DNA of 57,410 bases, filler included, from Basidiobolus meristosporus CBS 931.73 (taxonomy: Eukaryota; Fungi; Basidiobolomycota): the NCBI GenBank assembly GCA_002104905.1. It is 3 parts of 3 records of this genome, joined end to end, with 100 filler letters (N's around TTAATTAATTAA, not from the genome) between each part and the next. Parts side by side here need not be neighbours in the genome. Positions count along the whole stretch, not along the records: positions 1 to 22,359 come from MCFE01000978.1; 2 more parts are not named here. One strand, written 5' to 3'. The notes beneath the pieces are model-generated. The model was not told where the DNA came from, did no database searches, and saw only the letters and a list, made by a program, of their open reading frames with translations. Position numbers and translations under genes: made by a program. Positions 12,330 through 22,459 of the stretch are shown piece by piece (positions within the stretch are counted from its first letter, which is position 1; each line of letters begins with the position of its first letter).

Positions 12330-13430
12330 CACCTACAACATCTGAAGGTGCCTCAAACAGTTCATAGCCAAGCTTGAATTGTAGAAAGCCGGAGATATTA
12401 TCAGTGTAGGCTCAGCTGCAATATTCTGCCTGAGTGCCAAGAGAAATTTTCCGCAGCTTTGGGAATACTATAAAAATCCATATCATACACCCTCCATCTT
12501 CAACCACGGGACATTTGTTTCGGTGTTGAGAAATCCAATCCCCTCCCCCTCCCTCTCCCCAGTCAGCCATCAGCCGTCGACCACACGGTACAAGCATGAA
12601 TCATCCAACAATGCAAATCCGTTTCTGCAGGAAGGAGGGCACAAGATTTGAGGTCAATTGAGTGCGGCAAAGTGGGGCCAATGAATCATTTCTCGAAAAT
12701 TTGGGACAAGGTGGGATCCGATGGAGTGAACGTCCAAATTGACCAATCCGATTGCCTGAATAGCTCATGAGGTCAACGCATATGGATGCATGCTCCGGAA
12801 GAAACTATACCCCAAGGCCAACATTATTGGATTTTAGGTTTCGGTAGCGAGCACCAAATCAATAGTCGACTACAATCGATTCAAAGGTGTGTGTTCAGGC
12901 TAAGGTGGAGGGTGTTCGTCACTACATGCTTCCAAAACATGCCATTTCAGGGCCAAAGTAAGCGAACTAGGTGTAATCAGAAAGATACGGAAATGGAATT
13001 AATGTTTCTAAAGAAGTGCATAGCACATCCCGTGAATGTTGTGTACAAGAAATCCGCCAACATTCCCATATCCAATCTAACTAAAGCGGGATTGGCGCTA
13101 GCTTTGCCCATCACAAACCAGAGCTCCAGCATGTGTTGCAACTGCCAAAAAAACGCCCGATTCCCAACCGCCACGACAATCCTCAGCCCCCTCGAATCAG
13201 GCAACGAACTGGCCGAAAATGGCCTCGAGTCCCTTTATGCTTTCCACCCGTGAGCCAAGTGCTGATTCGAGACTGGCGCAAGGTTGTGTTGGAACCCACA
13301 GCCTATCCGAGTCCCGAAAGACTGAGATCGAATGGTGCACAAGCGATGGTGCTACATTCGGTGCAGTCGGGCCTCGAACCTACTTTTCAAACCATTGCCC
13401 TGATTTCTAGAACTGTGAAGAAAATTTTGA
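12330..13430 (+). pseudogene. Probable decayed Merlin (ISXO2/IS1016-like) DDE transposase
   Basis: One frame from 12681 reads KVGSDGVNVQIDQS...SS*GQR...HYWILGF...RVFVTT...LMFLKKCIAHPVNVVY. This is colinear with the Merlin pattern IGGxGxxVEIDES..YHRGHR..WVLGG..CFLVxV..LLxIIKKxVxPGSIIY. Later fragments GTHSLSES and PTFQTI also fit. No TIRs found. Confidence 0.45.
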
Positions 13431-13614
13431 TGTGATGAGAGGTTTATTATGTACAGATGGGTGATCGATGCGATATCTACGGATTTGGTGGAGCGGTCAA
13501 CTGCATCATAAGTCCTGGATCATGGGAAATTTACGTGGATCCAATGGGGTGAATGGGGGAACAACAATGAACAGGTAAAGGTAAAGAGTCCAGCTTTACG
13601 GAGAAACGAAGCGG

Positions 13615-14187
13615 TTACTCGGAGCACCAGATTTTGGGCTTCAGGAATAAGAGGGCAGTGAGGATAAGGAAGGGCTGGATATGGGGCTGGGTTGCTTGCT
13701 CGGCCAACACGAGTTGGCCCACTTTCCGGCAATCCTCGTCAAAGTTGTACTGGAACTGGGCTACCAAAGTCTTGGTAGAAGCGACAAAGCATCGCAAGTG
13801 GGAGTTGTGAAGGTAATCCCAAAAATACTTCTCCCCGTGCACCTCGAACCCGTACACCCCACTCTTGGAGGCGGGTCGCGAGAACTGGAGACGGGTTTCG
13901 AAGCAAGGGCTATGCACCTGGATATAGCCCAGCGCCGCTCTACTCTTCGCAACGAACAGCTCCTTCTTGCCAATCGCGTCGTAAACTTTCACTTTGCTAC
14001 CGAACAATCCTTTCTTCAACGTCATGGTGTAGTATGTTTGGTGGTGGGTGCGAACGATCGCTTGCTCGTTCTCGCCCAGCCCAATCTCGAACGCAATCTG
14101 ACCAGGTCGAATGGGCGAGGTGTTGCGCACGCGGGTGGTGACCGCGGGTTTGGCGGGGGAGTTGGCACTGGAAAGAACAGCAGTCAT
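13615..14187 (-). CDS. Hypothetical protein, DUF6593/Tubby-C-like beta-barrel type (190 aa from the ATG at 14187)
   Basis: Intact, CpG-rich ORF. Beta-rich pattern (YGFEVHGEKYFW, LVAQFQY, GQLVL) ending in a hydrophobic helix (FLILTALLFLK), typical of this fold. The ORF track's TTG start at 14223 was not used. Confidence 0.7.
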   Translation of the reverse strand: MTAVLSSANSPAKPAVTTRVRNTSPIRPGQIAFEIGLGENEQAIVRTHHQTYYTMTLKKGLFGSKVKVYDAIGKKELFVAKSRAALGYIQVHSPCFETRLQFSRPASKSGVYGFEVHGEKYFWDYLHNSHLRCFVASTKTLVAQFQYNFDEDCRKVGQLVLAEQATQPHIQPFLILTALLFLKPKIWCSE

Positions 14188-14830
14188 CTTTCGGGAAACT
14201 GGATAATGTGGCTCACTTCCCAAGCTGCCCAGCGGTATTTATACGCGAACGGTGGAGAATCTAAAAAAAGATCTGAGCAACCCCAAAGAGCCAAACGCTA
14301 AAACGTACTAGACGCACTAAAACGGTTTAAACTTTCTGATCCAAGCCAATGATGCAAATGGAACCGATGTCATACATCTTGACGCTACAGCTATTCCCAT
14401 ATTCATCCATTCGATGAAGTATTAAAGCCAAACCTGACGTTGCACACCCATTTCACATGAATTGCTGCTAATATGTAGAATATATCTCCAACACGATATG
14501 TTAAGCATGCTAGCACCAATATTCCAATTCATTATACAAGTCAATCAGATCACTTTGTAACACGGGCGCCATTGGGGATCCTCGAATCAAGTGGGCTGTT
14601 GATGGATTCTAAATTTATCCCCCTGCATCCATGGGGAGTGGCTGGCTCTGGGAAAAATACCCCATTTCGTTTATTTCGTCATATATTTGGAAGGCCTCAG
14701 AATGGGAATTGGTCACATCAATCTATCCAGTTTTGAATGTTGATGATTGCATGGTTCTTGACCGGAATCTGTCGGGAAATGGCCCGATATATGGCATCAT
14801 TGCAAGTGGAGCAGTTTCTGCCACTAAACG

Positions 14831-15295
14831 CTACTGGACATCTGCATGGATCTTTCCAGTGTGGGCATCAAGCATAATCAGTTTGCGGTATTCCGCTATG
14901 AAAAACGAGAATGTTCCTTGGAAGACTGCCGAGGCTATGATCTGCACCACCTGTAATCCTTCACCTATCTGCCAAACAATCACCACTGCTGCCACTGAGA
15001 TCAGTATCGACATTGTGTCGAGTATCAAGTATGCCAGCAGGATGTTGGGTTTGCTCCGAAGAGTGCCGAAGTAACCGCACCCGCCAACCAGCAGGGTAGC
15101 TACCCCGGAGGTGATGAAAACGCACATCCCACTACGGGCCAGGTTGGCATTCTCCGTCGTTGCATGGAAGTCTCTTAGCTTTATCAGCTCCAGTCCAGAG
15201 GTGATTATGGAGAGTACACCCCAAGCCATCTGAATGATGGTGAGGAAGAGACAGCTAAACCTCAAGTCAAGACAGCCGCAACTCTTCTTGAACAT
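14831..15295 (-). CDS. Small four-TM membrane protein (tetraspanin/LAPTM-like topology), 154 aa
   Basis: ATG-initiated ORF beginning SCGCLDLR, with four hydrophobic segments and the tetraspanin-like GCGYFG(T)LR..NILLAY motif. Confidence 0.75.
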   Translation of the reverse strand: MFKKSCGCLDLRFSCLFLTIIQMAWGVLSIITSGLELIKLRDFHATTENANLARSGMCVFITSGVATLLVGGCGYFGTLRSKPNILLAYLILDTMSILISVAAVVIVWQIGEGLQVVQIIASAVFQGTFSFFIAEYRKLIMLDAHTGKIHADVQ

Positions 15296-15525
15296 GATAG
15301 CGGCAGTTTGCTTTATAGCTGATGAGGGTGGGTTGCATTAAATCCAAACCTTCCCCCAAGCCAATGCCAAAACGATGCTAGTCACTTCTCCGCAAAGCCC
15401 ACCAAATCACATCACATTCAGCCAACCTTAAAATAAGACGGAGGTGGGCTTGTGAAATCGATCAATTGCTCATGATTACAGAGTCAGCTAAGCCGGTATT
15501 TAATTAAAGGAAATGTTTGAAATAC

Positions 15526-18213
15526 TTAGAAGAAATTGGATAGTGATCGTTTTATCAGTGACATGAGCCATCCAATCCCACTGAGCTTGTTAAGATCCCG
15601 TTTTTCAATGGTGGCCCCATTTTCAATGAGAACTTGAGCAGTTTTTTGATGGTGTTTGTATGAGGCGAGCATTATGGCTGTGGTGTCCGAGTCATCCCGT
15701 TCTTGGATGCGGGCTCCCTTTTCCAGCAGCGGGGGTAAGAAGTGGTCGCGCCCTTCCTCAGCTGCGTACATCAATGGGGTTCTTAAGCGTAAATCAGGAT
15801 AACATACAGAGGCATTATGTTGGAGTAGCAGTTCAAATATCTCCTTATGATCGTTTTCTATCGCAAACATCAGAGGTGTCTTGTTTTGCGGACCCGTACA
15901 TAAGTTTGGATTGGCGCCACGTTTCAGTAGAATGTGGACGATCTCTTGTAGGTCCAAGCGAACGGCAAGAATCAAAGGTGTCTGTCGTTCGTTGTCGCTT
16001 GCATCGATATTGGCACCCTTTTCCAGGAGAAACTCGATTATCTCTGGCTGATTTTCCCTGCTGGCAACTATCAAGGGCGTTTGTTCTGTTGGCGCCAGCC
16101 TCGAATATATCCTCTCTGGACTTCGTGACAGACATTCACGAACGGCGGCTAATTCCCCAGATTTTATGCATGCAAATATGTCTTCGTTGGCCGAGTCCTC
16201 TTTTTTTAGCAGGGATTCTTGCAACAGCTGGCAGTGCTCTGAAAGACCGCGCTTTTCAGCCTCCTGAAGGGCATTTTCGAGTAATTCCTTGTTGTGTGCT
16301 GCTGAGCTATTCTCGATTAGGTATTTTGTAGCATCGTAATGGTTGGAGGAAATAGTTGCCATCAATGGGCAGCTGACGGTTCCCCAATATTGGTTCAGAT
16401 CACCACCAGCACCAGCACCAAGTAATAGCTTTAGTATTTCCGTGTTCCCATCACGGGCGGCGATCAGGATGGGATTCGGATCGTCCCCTTCGACCGGTAG
16501 ATTCATCTTCATGCCTGTGTTAAGCAATAGCTTCAGTATTCGATGGTGGTTTCGATTTACAGCGATTATCAAAGCCCTCCAGCCTTGACGGTGGCTTTCC
16601 ATATCCACTCCGGCCTCGATGATGGCTTTCACAGCAGCATAGTGATCCCAATAAGTAGCAATAGTCAACGCAGTATGGTCGTCATGCCGTATCGAGTTGA
16701 TATCAAGACTGTGCTTGAGTAAAACTTCCAACGTTTTGACGCTGCCATTTGCGCCTGCAGTCACCATGGGTACTGGATCGACCTCAGGGTCGTAGTCCTC
16801 AGCATCCACACCAGCTTCAAGCAATTTCCGAGCGATGCGAAAATGGCCTCGCTCGATTGCGATAATGAGTGCACGGAACCCTTGCTTCTCTTTGTTGAAG
16901 TCCACCCCATGTTCGAGCAAGCATACCAAGGCCTTTTCGTGATTCCAATAGGCAGCAGTGGTGATTGATGTCGAGGAGTCATGGCCCACTGTATTACTGT
17001 CAGCACCATGCTTTAGAAGTAAGTTGATGATTTTCACGTTATCCTTGTAGCTGGCTCGTATGATAGGCACTGTGTCCACCTCTGGGTCGTCGGGGTTTGG
17101 GCTCTGGCCATACTCTAGTAGCGATTTAACTATTCTGTCGTGATCCTGCTCAATTGCCTTGAGCAAACTTCTCTTCCCCTGGTCATGGATTGAAAGATCA
17201 ATTGTTTCTGACAGTAAGTATCGCACCAATTCCGCATGCCCCCAATATGAGGCAAGCATAAGCATGGTATCATTTCGACTGTCAAGTGCTTCATATCTTC
17301 CCCCGTGATTGACTAGTTCTTTGGCTATTTCAGTCGAACCCACATACCCTGCTTGAACCATTGGTGCCTGTTCTGTTTCCGGATCGTAATCCGAGGGATC
17401 CACGCCTGCTTCAAGCAATTTACGAGCTATGCGAGGATGATTTCCCCCAATGGCCAGCATTAAACCTTGATAGCCCTGTCGTTTATAGCCCAGATTAATC
17501 TCGGGTAGACTCAACAAATATTGTACAATATCTATTTGGTTCCAGTAGCAAGCAGTTAGCAGTGCTGAGTGGTTACTACCGTGGGATTCAAACTTATTGA
17601 CATCAAATCCAAGTTCAGCCAGTTTCCTAACGTTCTCCAAATGACCGTGATACACAGCTTGCACCATTGGGAGTTTTTTGGACTCTTCAAATAAACCAGG
17701 GGTTACTCCCTGAGCATACAGCCAATCGATGATATGTGGGTTGTTGTGTCGAATACAATTCAGTAGCACTTGAGGCCCTTGCTCCTTCACATCCCACTCA
17801 TGTCTGGCGATTGCTTTTACCACTTGAAAGTAGCCATACTCAGCAGCGATAGAAATAGGGCTCGCGCCGTTTTCATGTCTTAGATTAACGTCTGCTCCAA
17901 TCTCTAGCAGTTTCTCCACGACGGCCACGTTGTTGGTTGTAGCAGCGATTCCTAAGGCGGATCTTCCCTGAGAGTCAAGTTGATTAACAGAAGCAGGAAG
18001 AATATTCTTCTGTATTGCAGCCACATCACCGGAATATATTAAATTAGCAACATCCATTGAGGTGTAATGAAAGGGGTCTGTGTGTCCAAGAGGGTAGTAT
18101 CTGAATTTATAGGCCGCTAGGGCTTGGCTGAGACAATGCATTTCCATTTGCTTTATTGGTGTGTGACCGCTGAAGAAATCCCCAAATTTAGCTTGGAAAT
18201 GGAACATGTTCAT
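15526..18213 (-). CDS. Ankyrin-repeat protein, 895 aa, more than 20 repeats, no catalytic domain seen
   Basis: Uninterrupted ORF with repeated TPL/A..G..E.V..LL..GA.VN motifs. The start may be a later Met (e.g. M53). Confidence 0.92.
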   Translation of the reverse strand: MNMFHFQAKFGDFFSGHTPIKQMEMHCLSQALAAYKFRYYPLGHTDPFHYTSMDVANLIYSGDVAAIQKNILPASVNQLDSQGRSALGIAATTNNVAVVEKLLEIGADVNLRHENGASPISIAAEYGYFQVVKAIARHEWDVKEQGPQVLLNCIRHNNPHIIDWLYAQGVTPGLFEESKKLPMVQAVYHGHLENVRKLAELGFDVNKFESHGSNHSALLTACYWNQIDIVQYLLSLPEINLGYKRQGYQGLMLAIGGNHPRIARKLLEAGVDPSDYDPETEQAPMVQAGYVGSTEIAKELVNHGGRYEALDSRNDTMLMLASYWGHAELVRYLLSETIDLSIHDQGKRSLLKAIEQDHDRIVKSLLEYGQSPNPDDPEVDTVPIIRASYKDNVKIINLLLKHGADSNTVGHDSSTSITTAAYWNHEKALVCLLEHGVDFNKEKQGFRALIIAIERGHFRIARKLLEAGVDAEDYDPEVDPVPMVTAGANGSVKTLEVLLKHSLDINSIRHDDHTALTIATYWDHYAAVKAIIEAGVDMESHRQGWRALIIAVNRNHHRILKLLLNTGMKMNLPVEGDDPNPILIAARDGNTEILKLLLGAGAGGDLNQYWGTVSCPLMATISSNHYDATKYLIENSSAAHNKELLENALQEAEKRGLSEHCQLLQESLLKKEDSANEDIFACIKSGELAAVRECLSRSPERIYSRLAPTEQTPLIVASRENQPEIIEFLLEKGANIDASDNERQTPLILAVRLDLQEIVHILLKRGANPNLCTGPQNKTPLMFAIENDHKEIFELLLQHNASVCYPDLRLRTPLMYAAEEGRDHFLPPLLEKGARIQERDDSDTTAIMLASYKHHQKTAQVLIENGATIEKRDLNKLSGIGWLMSLIKRSLSNFF

Positions 18214-18417
18214 TAGCGAGAGCGTACAGACAGAACCGATTCATGTGGCTTGGATTTTCTCGCTAGGTTATCGAGTAGTGTAAACGATGGGTTAGTATGG
18301 ACAGGAATTTGGAATCCGAATCTCTGTATTAGCTAACCATCAAATTACATTAGCTTGCTTTTTTTACATATCTCTTTAGTTGCACATGCAGGAGTGGACA
18401 TCATCCAAACAAGGCCT

Positions 18418-18720
18418 TCAGATTAAAATATCCCGCTCTTGAAGGAGCCTGGGTTTTGCTGCGCACAGCGTGGGTAAAGGGTGCGTCTCTTTACTTCCTA
18501 GGTAGGCCTTGAGTCGCTTGGACACTTCGGTAGAATCTACTCGATTTTTGGATTTGTAAGGCCGACTTCTTACCCCAACTCTGCGAGCCTCCTCGAGCGT
18601 GGGTAATGCAGATCTTCGTCGGTAAGTGGGCACATTCTCCGAATCGTTCCTGCGTCTTTCTGATAACCTTGAGTAGAAACGCTCTGCATCTTTCAGAAAA
18701 TCCGGGCTTAGTGCTGCCAT
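18418..18720 (-). CDS. Possible small basic hypothetical protein
   Basis: 100-aa ATG ORF in the CpG-rich island. A possible GTAAAG donor after AYLG means the 3' end is uncertain. No recognisable domain. Confidence 0.35.
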   Translation of the reverse strand: MAALSPDFLKDAERFYSRLSERRRNDSENVPTYRRRSALPTLEEARRVGVRSRPYKSKNRVDSTEVSKRLKAYLGSKETHPLPTLCAAKPRLLQERDILI

Positions 18721-19180
18721 CTCGAAGAGTAGGTGCCAATAGAGTAGGAGACACTCTATGAAGTCCCAAGAGCGGTGATGGATTGGTTATATAGACATGG
18801 ATAGATTAAAGCCACTTCGATGAATCACTTCAAAACATTCACCTCTTTCAAGGTATTCGCGTTGATGATCGATTTTCCTTCATACCTTCATGAGCGTGAT
18901 TGAAGAGGGATTAGCTTTCATAACAATTAGAACAAAGAAGCGCCTGATCAGGTTCAAGAAATAACTGGCTCGAGTTGCCGGAATTCCGTGATGGATGAAA
19001 CATCGATATAAATGTCCATCAGTGCACTCTTCTGTTTTCCTATGTTTTTGTTGTGTTGTGGGTCGATTGACAGCAGGAATATATAATGAATGGGGATCTC
19101 CTGGGAGGACTGGTTAGTTGAAAAACTTAACCCCTTCATCTCGTTTTCTTTTGGCTTTCCTTTAATTTAACCCACTTCCA

Positions 19181-19659
19181 ATGTATTTATCTGGTTATTT
19201 CCCAATTGGTATCATGTTGTTGTTTGGGTTCATTCATGCAGGTAGGTTTTGGTGTGATGAAAACCTATTCATATAACGCCGTACTAATCATTCCTAAAAG
19301 ATCAAATTCAGGTTCTGGCTCCCAAACCAAACGCCAAGTTTGCTCGTGGGCAGAGGGTACAGCTGAAGTATCGGTTGCTTCAACAAGATCTTGCATACTT
19401 GGACTACGTTAGAGTGGATCTCCTGGACAAAACCAATCGAACAGTGATCTACAAGTTGGCCTCTACTTCAAGAAGAACCGGCAACTGGAACAAGGTGGTT
19501 AATCAAGAATGGATGATACCTAGGTCCATACCATTGGGAAAATATTCCTTGAAATTCCATGGAAACGCCACTTACACGACTACCAAGAAACGGGTGGAAA
19601 AATTCAAAAAAATCAACATGGTCCCCATAATAATCGGGCGTCCAAAGTATAACTTGTAA
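19181..19659 (+). CDS. Small secreted basic protein, 139 aa, two exons (19181-19241, 19301-19659)
   Basis: 59-nt intron GTAGGT...TACTAAT...TAAAAG at 19242-19300. Splicing joins the signal-like MYLSGYFPIGIMLLFGFIHA to DQIQVLAPKPNAKFARGQRVQLKY...WMIPRSIPLGKYSLKFHGNATY, a Kre9/Knh1-N or Ig-like beta-sandwich pattern. Confidence 0.8.
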
Positions 19660-19723
19660 AGAATAAAATCGGATTTGATTGAGAATATTATTAGCTATGA
19701 TTTTATTGTTTTGCATGCTCACT

Positions 19724-22352
19724 TTACTGCACAGGCGTGTCTTTACTAGTCGAACGAGGATCATAGGCCTCCGAAGCCCATTTTTCAGGTGTCGCCGTGG
19801 CTTGTGACATATCTAAACTTCTTTTCTCCTCCTCTATCTCGGCTTTTCTCAAGGATGCTTTTGCAAGCGTGATTTCGGTTTGCGAGGCAATTTTATCATC
19901 AAGATCAACCAACATTTCGGATAACTTCATTGGGACCATCTGTTGGATGACTTTCTTCACCTTCGAGTTGATGAATGGCGCGAGGAGTTTGTAGGTGGTG
20001 CTGTGTCTGGTCCCATGGATCTTCAGCTTCAGGTCATGCACCCGAGTATTGCAGTCTAACACCTCATACAGATGCGCCTTCTTCCCTTTCTCTGGGCTCA
20101 CATTGAGCAGCAGATCCAGCTCAATCCCCTCCTCTGGCATGTCCACATCCATGTACCCAACATCGGTCATCTTGGGGAATGTCTTCTTGCGGTAGTAGAA
20201 TGCCGCATCCCTCACCTTCACCTGGACATTGCTCAGCTTGATGTACACCTTGTTGCGGAGGTTCTGCTCTGCCTTGAGGTTGGTGTCCACCACCGTCTGC
20301 GTGTTGATGTGCACAAACTTGGGAAGGATGTTGCTGCACTGGATCACCACATTGTCCAACACCACGTCCAGCTTCTCGTCCGACTGCTCAACTCGTGGCA
20401 GTGGGACGTAGTCCATCTTCTCAGCGATGATCGGAATCAACCTGGCAAAGTCCTTGACCAGGTCGTACTTGAATGTGGGCTTGCCAAATTCATCCATGAA
20501 CAAGTCCTTTGTGAACGCCTCCAGATCCTGAACAAACCGCTTGCTCGTCTTGTCTTGCTTCAGAGCAGCATTGAAGTTGCTCAACTCATCGCTGATCTGT
20601 GCAACTAGCCCGCGATATCTGTTCTCCACGATGGAGTGGCCACGCTCCACAATTCGGTTGGCGTCATCGGTGTACCCCGGACGATCAACATAGTCGTACT
20701 CGCGGATAGAGCGGTGGACGAATGTCTTGATGTCGCGTAGGAGCTCCGCCAAGTCATGATCTTGATTGGCTTTGTTAAGAAGCACCCTGACAGAGTCGAA
20801 CAACGGGTCCAGCGACTTCTGCCCAGCAAAGTTCTCCACAAGCTCTTTCGCATTTGCTCTGGCAATCGACAGATCATCCTGAGCAACTTCGTGCTTGGCT
20901 GCGGTGGTCTCCTTGGCGGAGCTGGTCACATGACGGCCATGGTCCTTCAGCCCAGATAAGACTGAGAGAAGCTCGTCGACAGCCATCTGGAAGTCAGGAT
21001 TGCCTTGGACCTCTCTGAAGATGGCCTTGACCCGCTGGATCAGGTGGGTGCGTTGATCTGGAGTCAGTCGCATGTCGGTGACCTTTTGCTGCAGCCCTGT
21101 TTGCACCTCCTTGGCTACCCCAACTGCAGCATCCAGCGGGGAGATCTCGCCTTGTTCAGCCTTGTGGACATACGGGAGAGCCGTCTCTTTGGCGTTGAAG
21201 TATACCGGGGCCATGGAGTCTTTCATAGTGTTCCTCAGTTGGTCCCTCGCCTCACCAGGCATCATCTCACGGTCCTCACCATGATGAACACTGTTCGGAA
21301 CTCCTTGTGCTTGAGTGAGGTCGTGTGGGTGTGCGTACGATTCAGCTCCATGTGGCCCTGTGGATGAGCCAATGACTGGCTGTTCCAGTTCGCCTCTGCC
21401 ATAAGCACCCTCGGTCTGTGCGGTTTGTGCGAAGGGCACGCCATCAACGTCACTACCAATTCCACTCTGATTGGTGCGGTGATGGTAGCCAGGCTGATCA
21501 CTGGCAAGTGTATCTGGTGCGGAGGTTGCTGCACCCGCAATCCCTTCTGACGGTTGAGCCATATGATTGGCGAATCGTCCTCCCTCTAAATCTCCGTTGC
21601 GAGTGAAGCTGTCGCCAGTGTGGTTATTGATGTCGATGCCATTGTTGCGCTAGCGTAGTTGTTAGGAGCTCCTACTGGGACCCTGGTCTGTGGGCAGTTG
21701 CATATCCGGATAGGTTGACTCACCAGTGCGTGGATCTACTGTTGTCTCTCCATTCTGTGCTGGATGTCCGGGAACATTGGAGGTGACTGTCTCTTGCAGG
21801 ATGTTCGTCACGTCATTGATCAGTCGGCGGAACTGTGAGGAAGTGACCAGTAGCCAGGCTACCTTCGAGATGCTCTCCACCCCATCCGAGGCCAAATCCT
21901 TCGCCTCGCCAACTGTCCCGGAAAGCTCACCCTTGGCCCCGGCGAGCTCATCCCCATCCTTCATGGTGTTACCAGCCTTGCCGCTGTGGTAGATGATGTT
22001 CTGTAGCTGATCATTGTCATTCTTCTCGGCGAGTAGGATTTGGGCCGACTCAACAAGACGCTCCGCGTTGGCCATCATTCTCTTTCCCTCAGGGCTCATA
22101 TCCGAGGCTATGTCATGGAAGTTGTTGTTCTCAGTTAGGCTTCTCCAGGCCCTGGTTGATCTGATTGGTGGTTGGCAGTCTGCCTTCTTGGAGCGCCTTG
22201 CCCACCTCCTGGAGATGTTCTTTTCTGCGAATGACCTTCTCCTGTTGGGTGCCCTGTTTCGGTGGCAAGCTCTCACCAGGAACCCCGATCTTTGTAGAGT
22301 CATTGATATGAGTTGAATGATCAGTGTTTGTGTTGGAGTTAGTAGGGTTCAT
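19724..22352 (-). CDS. DUF4449 / HAM1-like (BPI/TULIP-like) fungal protein, frame-disrupted in this assembly
   Basis: N-terminus GRLPTTNQINQGLE..MSPEGKRMM..AERLVESAQILLAEKNDNDQLQNIIYH. C-terminus YVPLPRVEQSD..DVVLDNV..NILPK..RDAAFYYRKKTFPKMTDVG. Split over ORFs 22131-22352, 21662-22303 and 19724-21562. The start lies 8 nt from a gap. Confidence 0.82.
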
Positions 22353-22359
22353 GTTATGA

Positions 22360-22459
22360 NNNNNNNNNNNNNNNNNNNNNNNNNNNNNNNNNNNNNNNNN
22401 NNNTTAATTAATTAANNNNNNNNNNNNNNNNNNNNNNNNNNNNNNNNNNNNNNNNNNNN
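22360..22459. other. Assembly gap with artificial six-frame-stop linker
   Basis: 44 N + TTAATTAATTAA (22404-22415) + 44 N = 100 nt, the same layout as the second gap. Confidence 0.97.

Noticed and set aside
13681-20608. Long + strand ORFs 13681-14301, 14631-15074, 15660-16331 and 20072-20608
   Set aside because: They are antisense shadows of better-supported - strand genes and have no recognisable motifs.
22404-22415. TTAATTAATTAA palindrome (also 46171-46182) as a biological motif
   Set aside because: It is centred in identical N runs, so it is an artificial linker.
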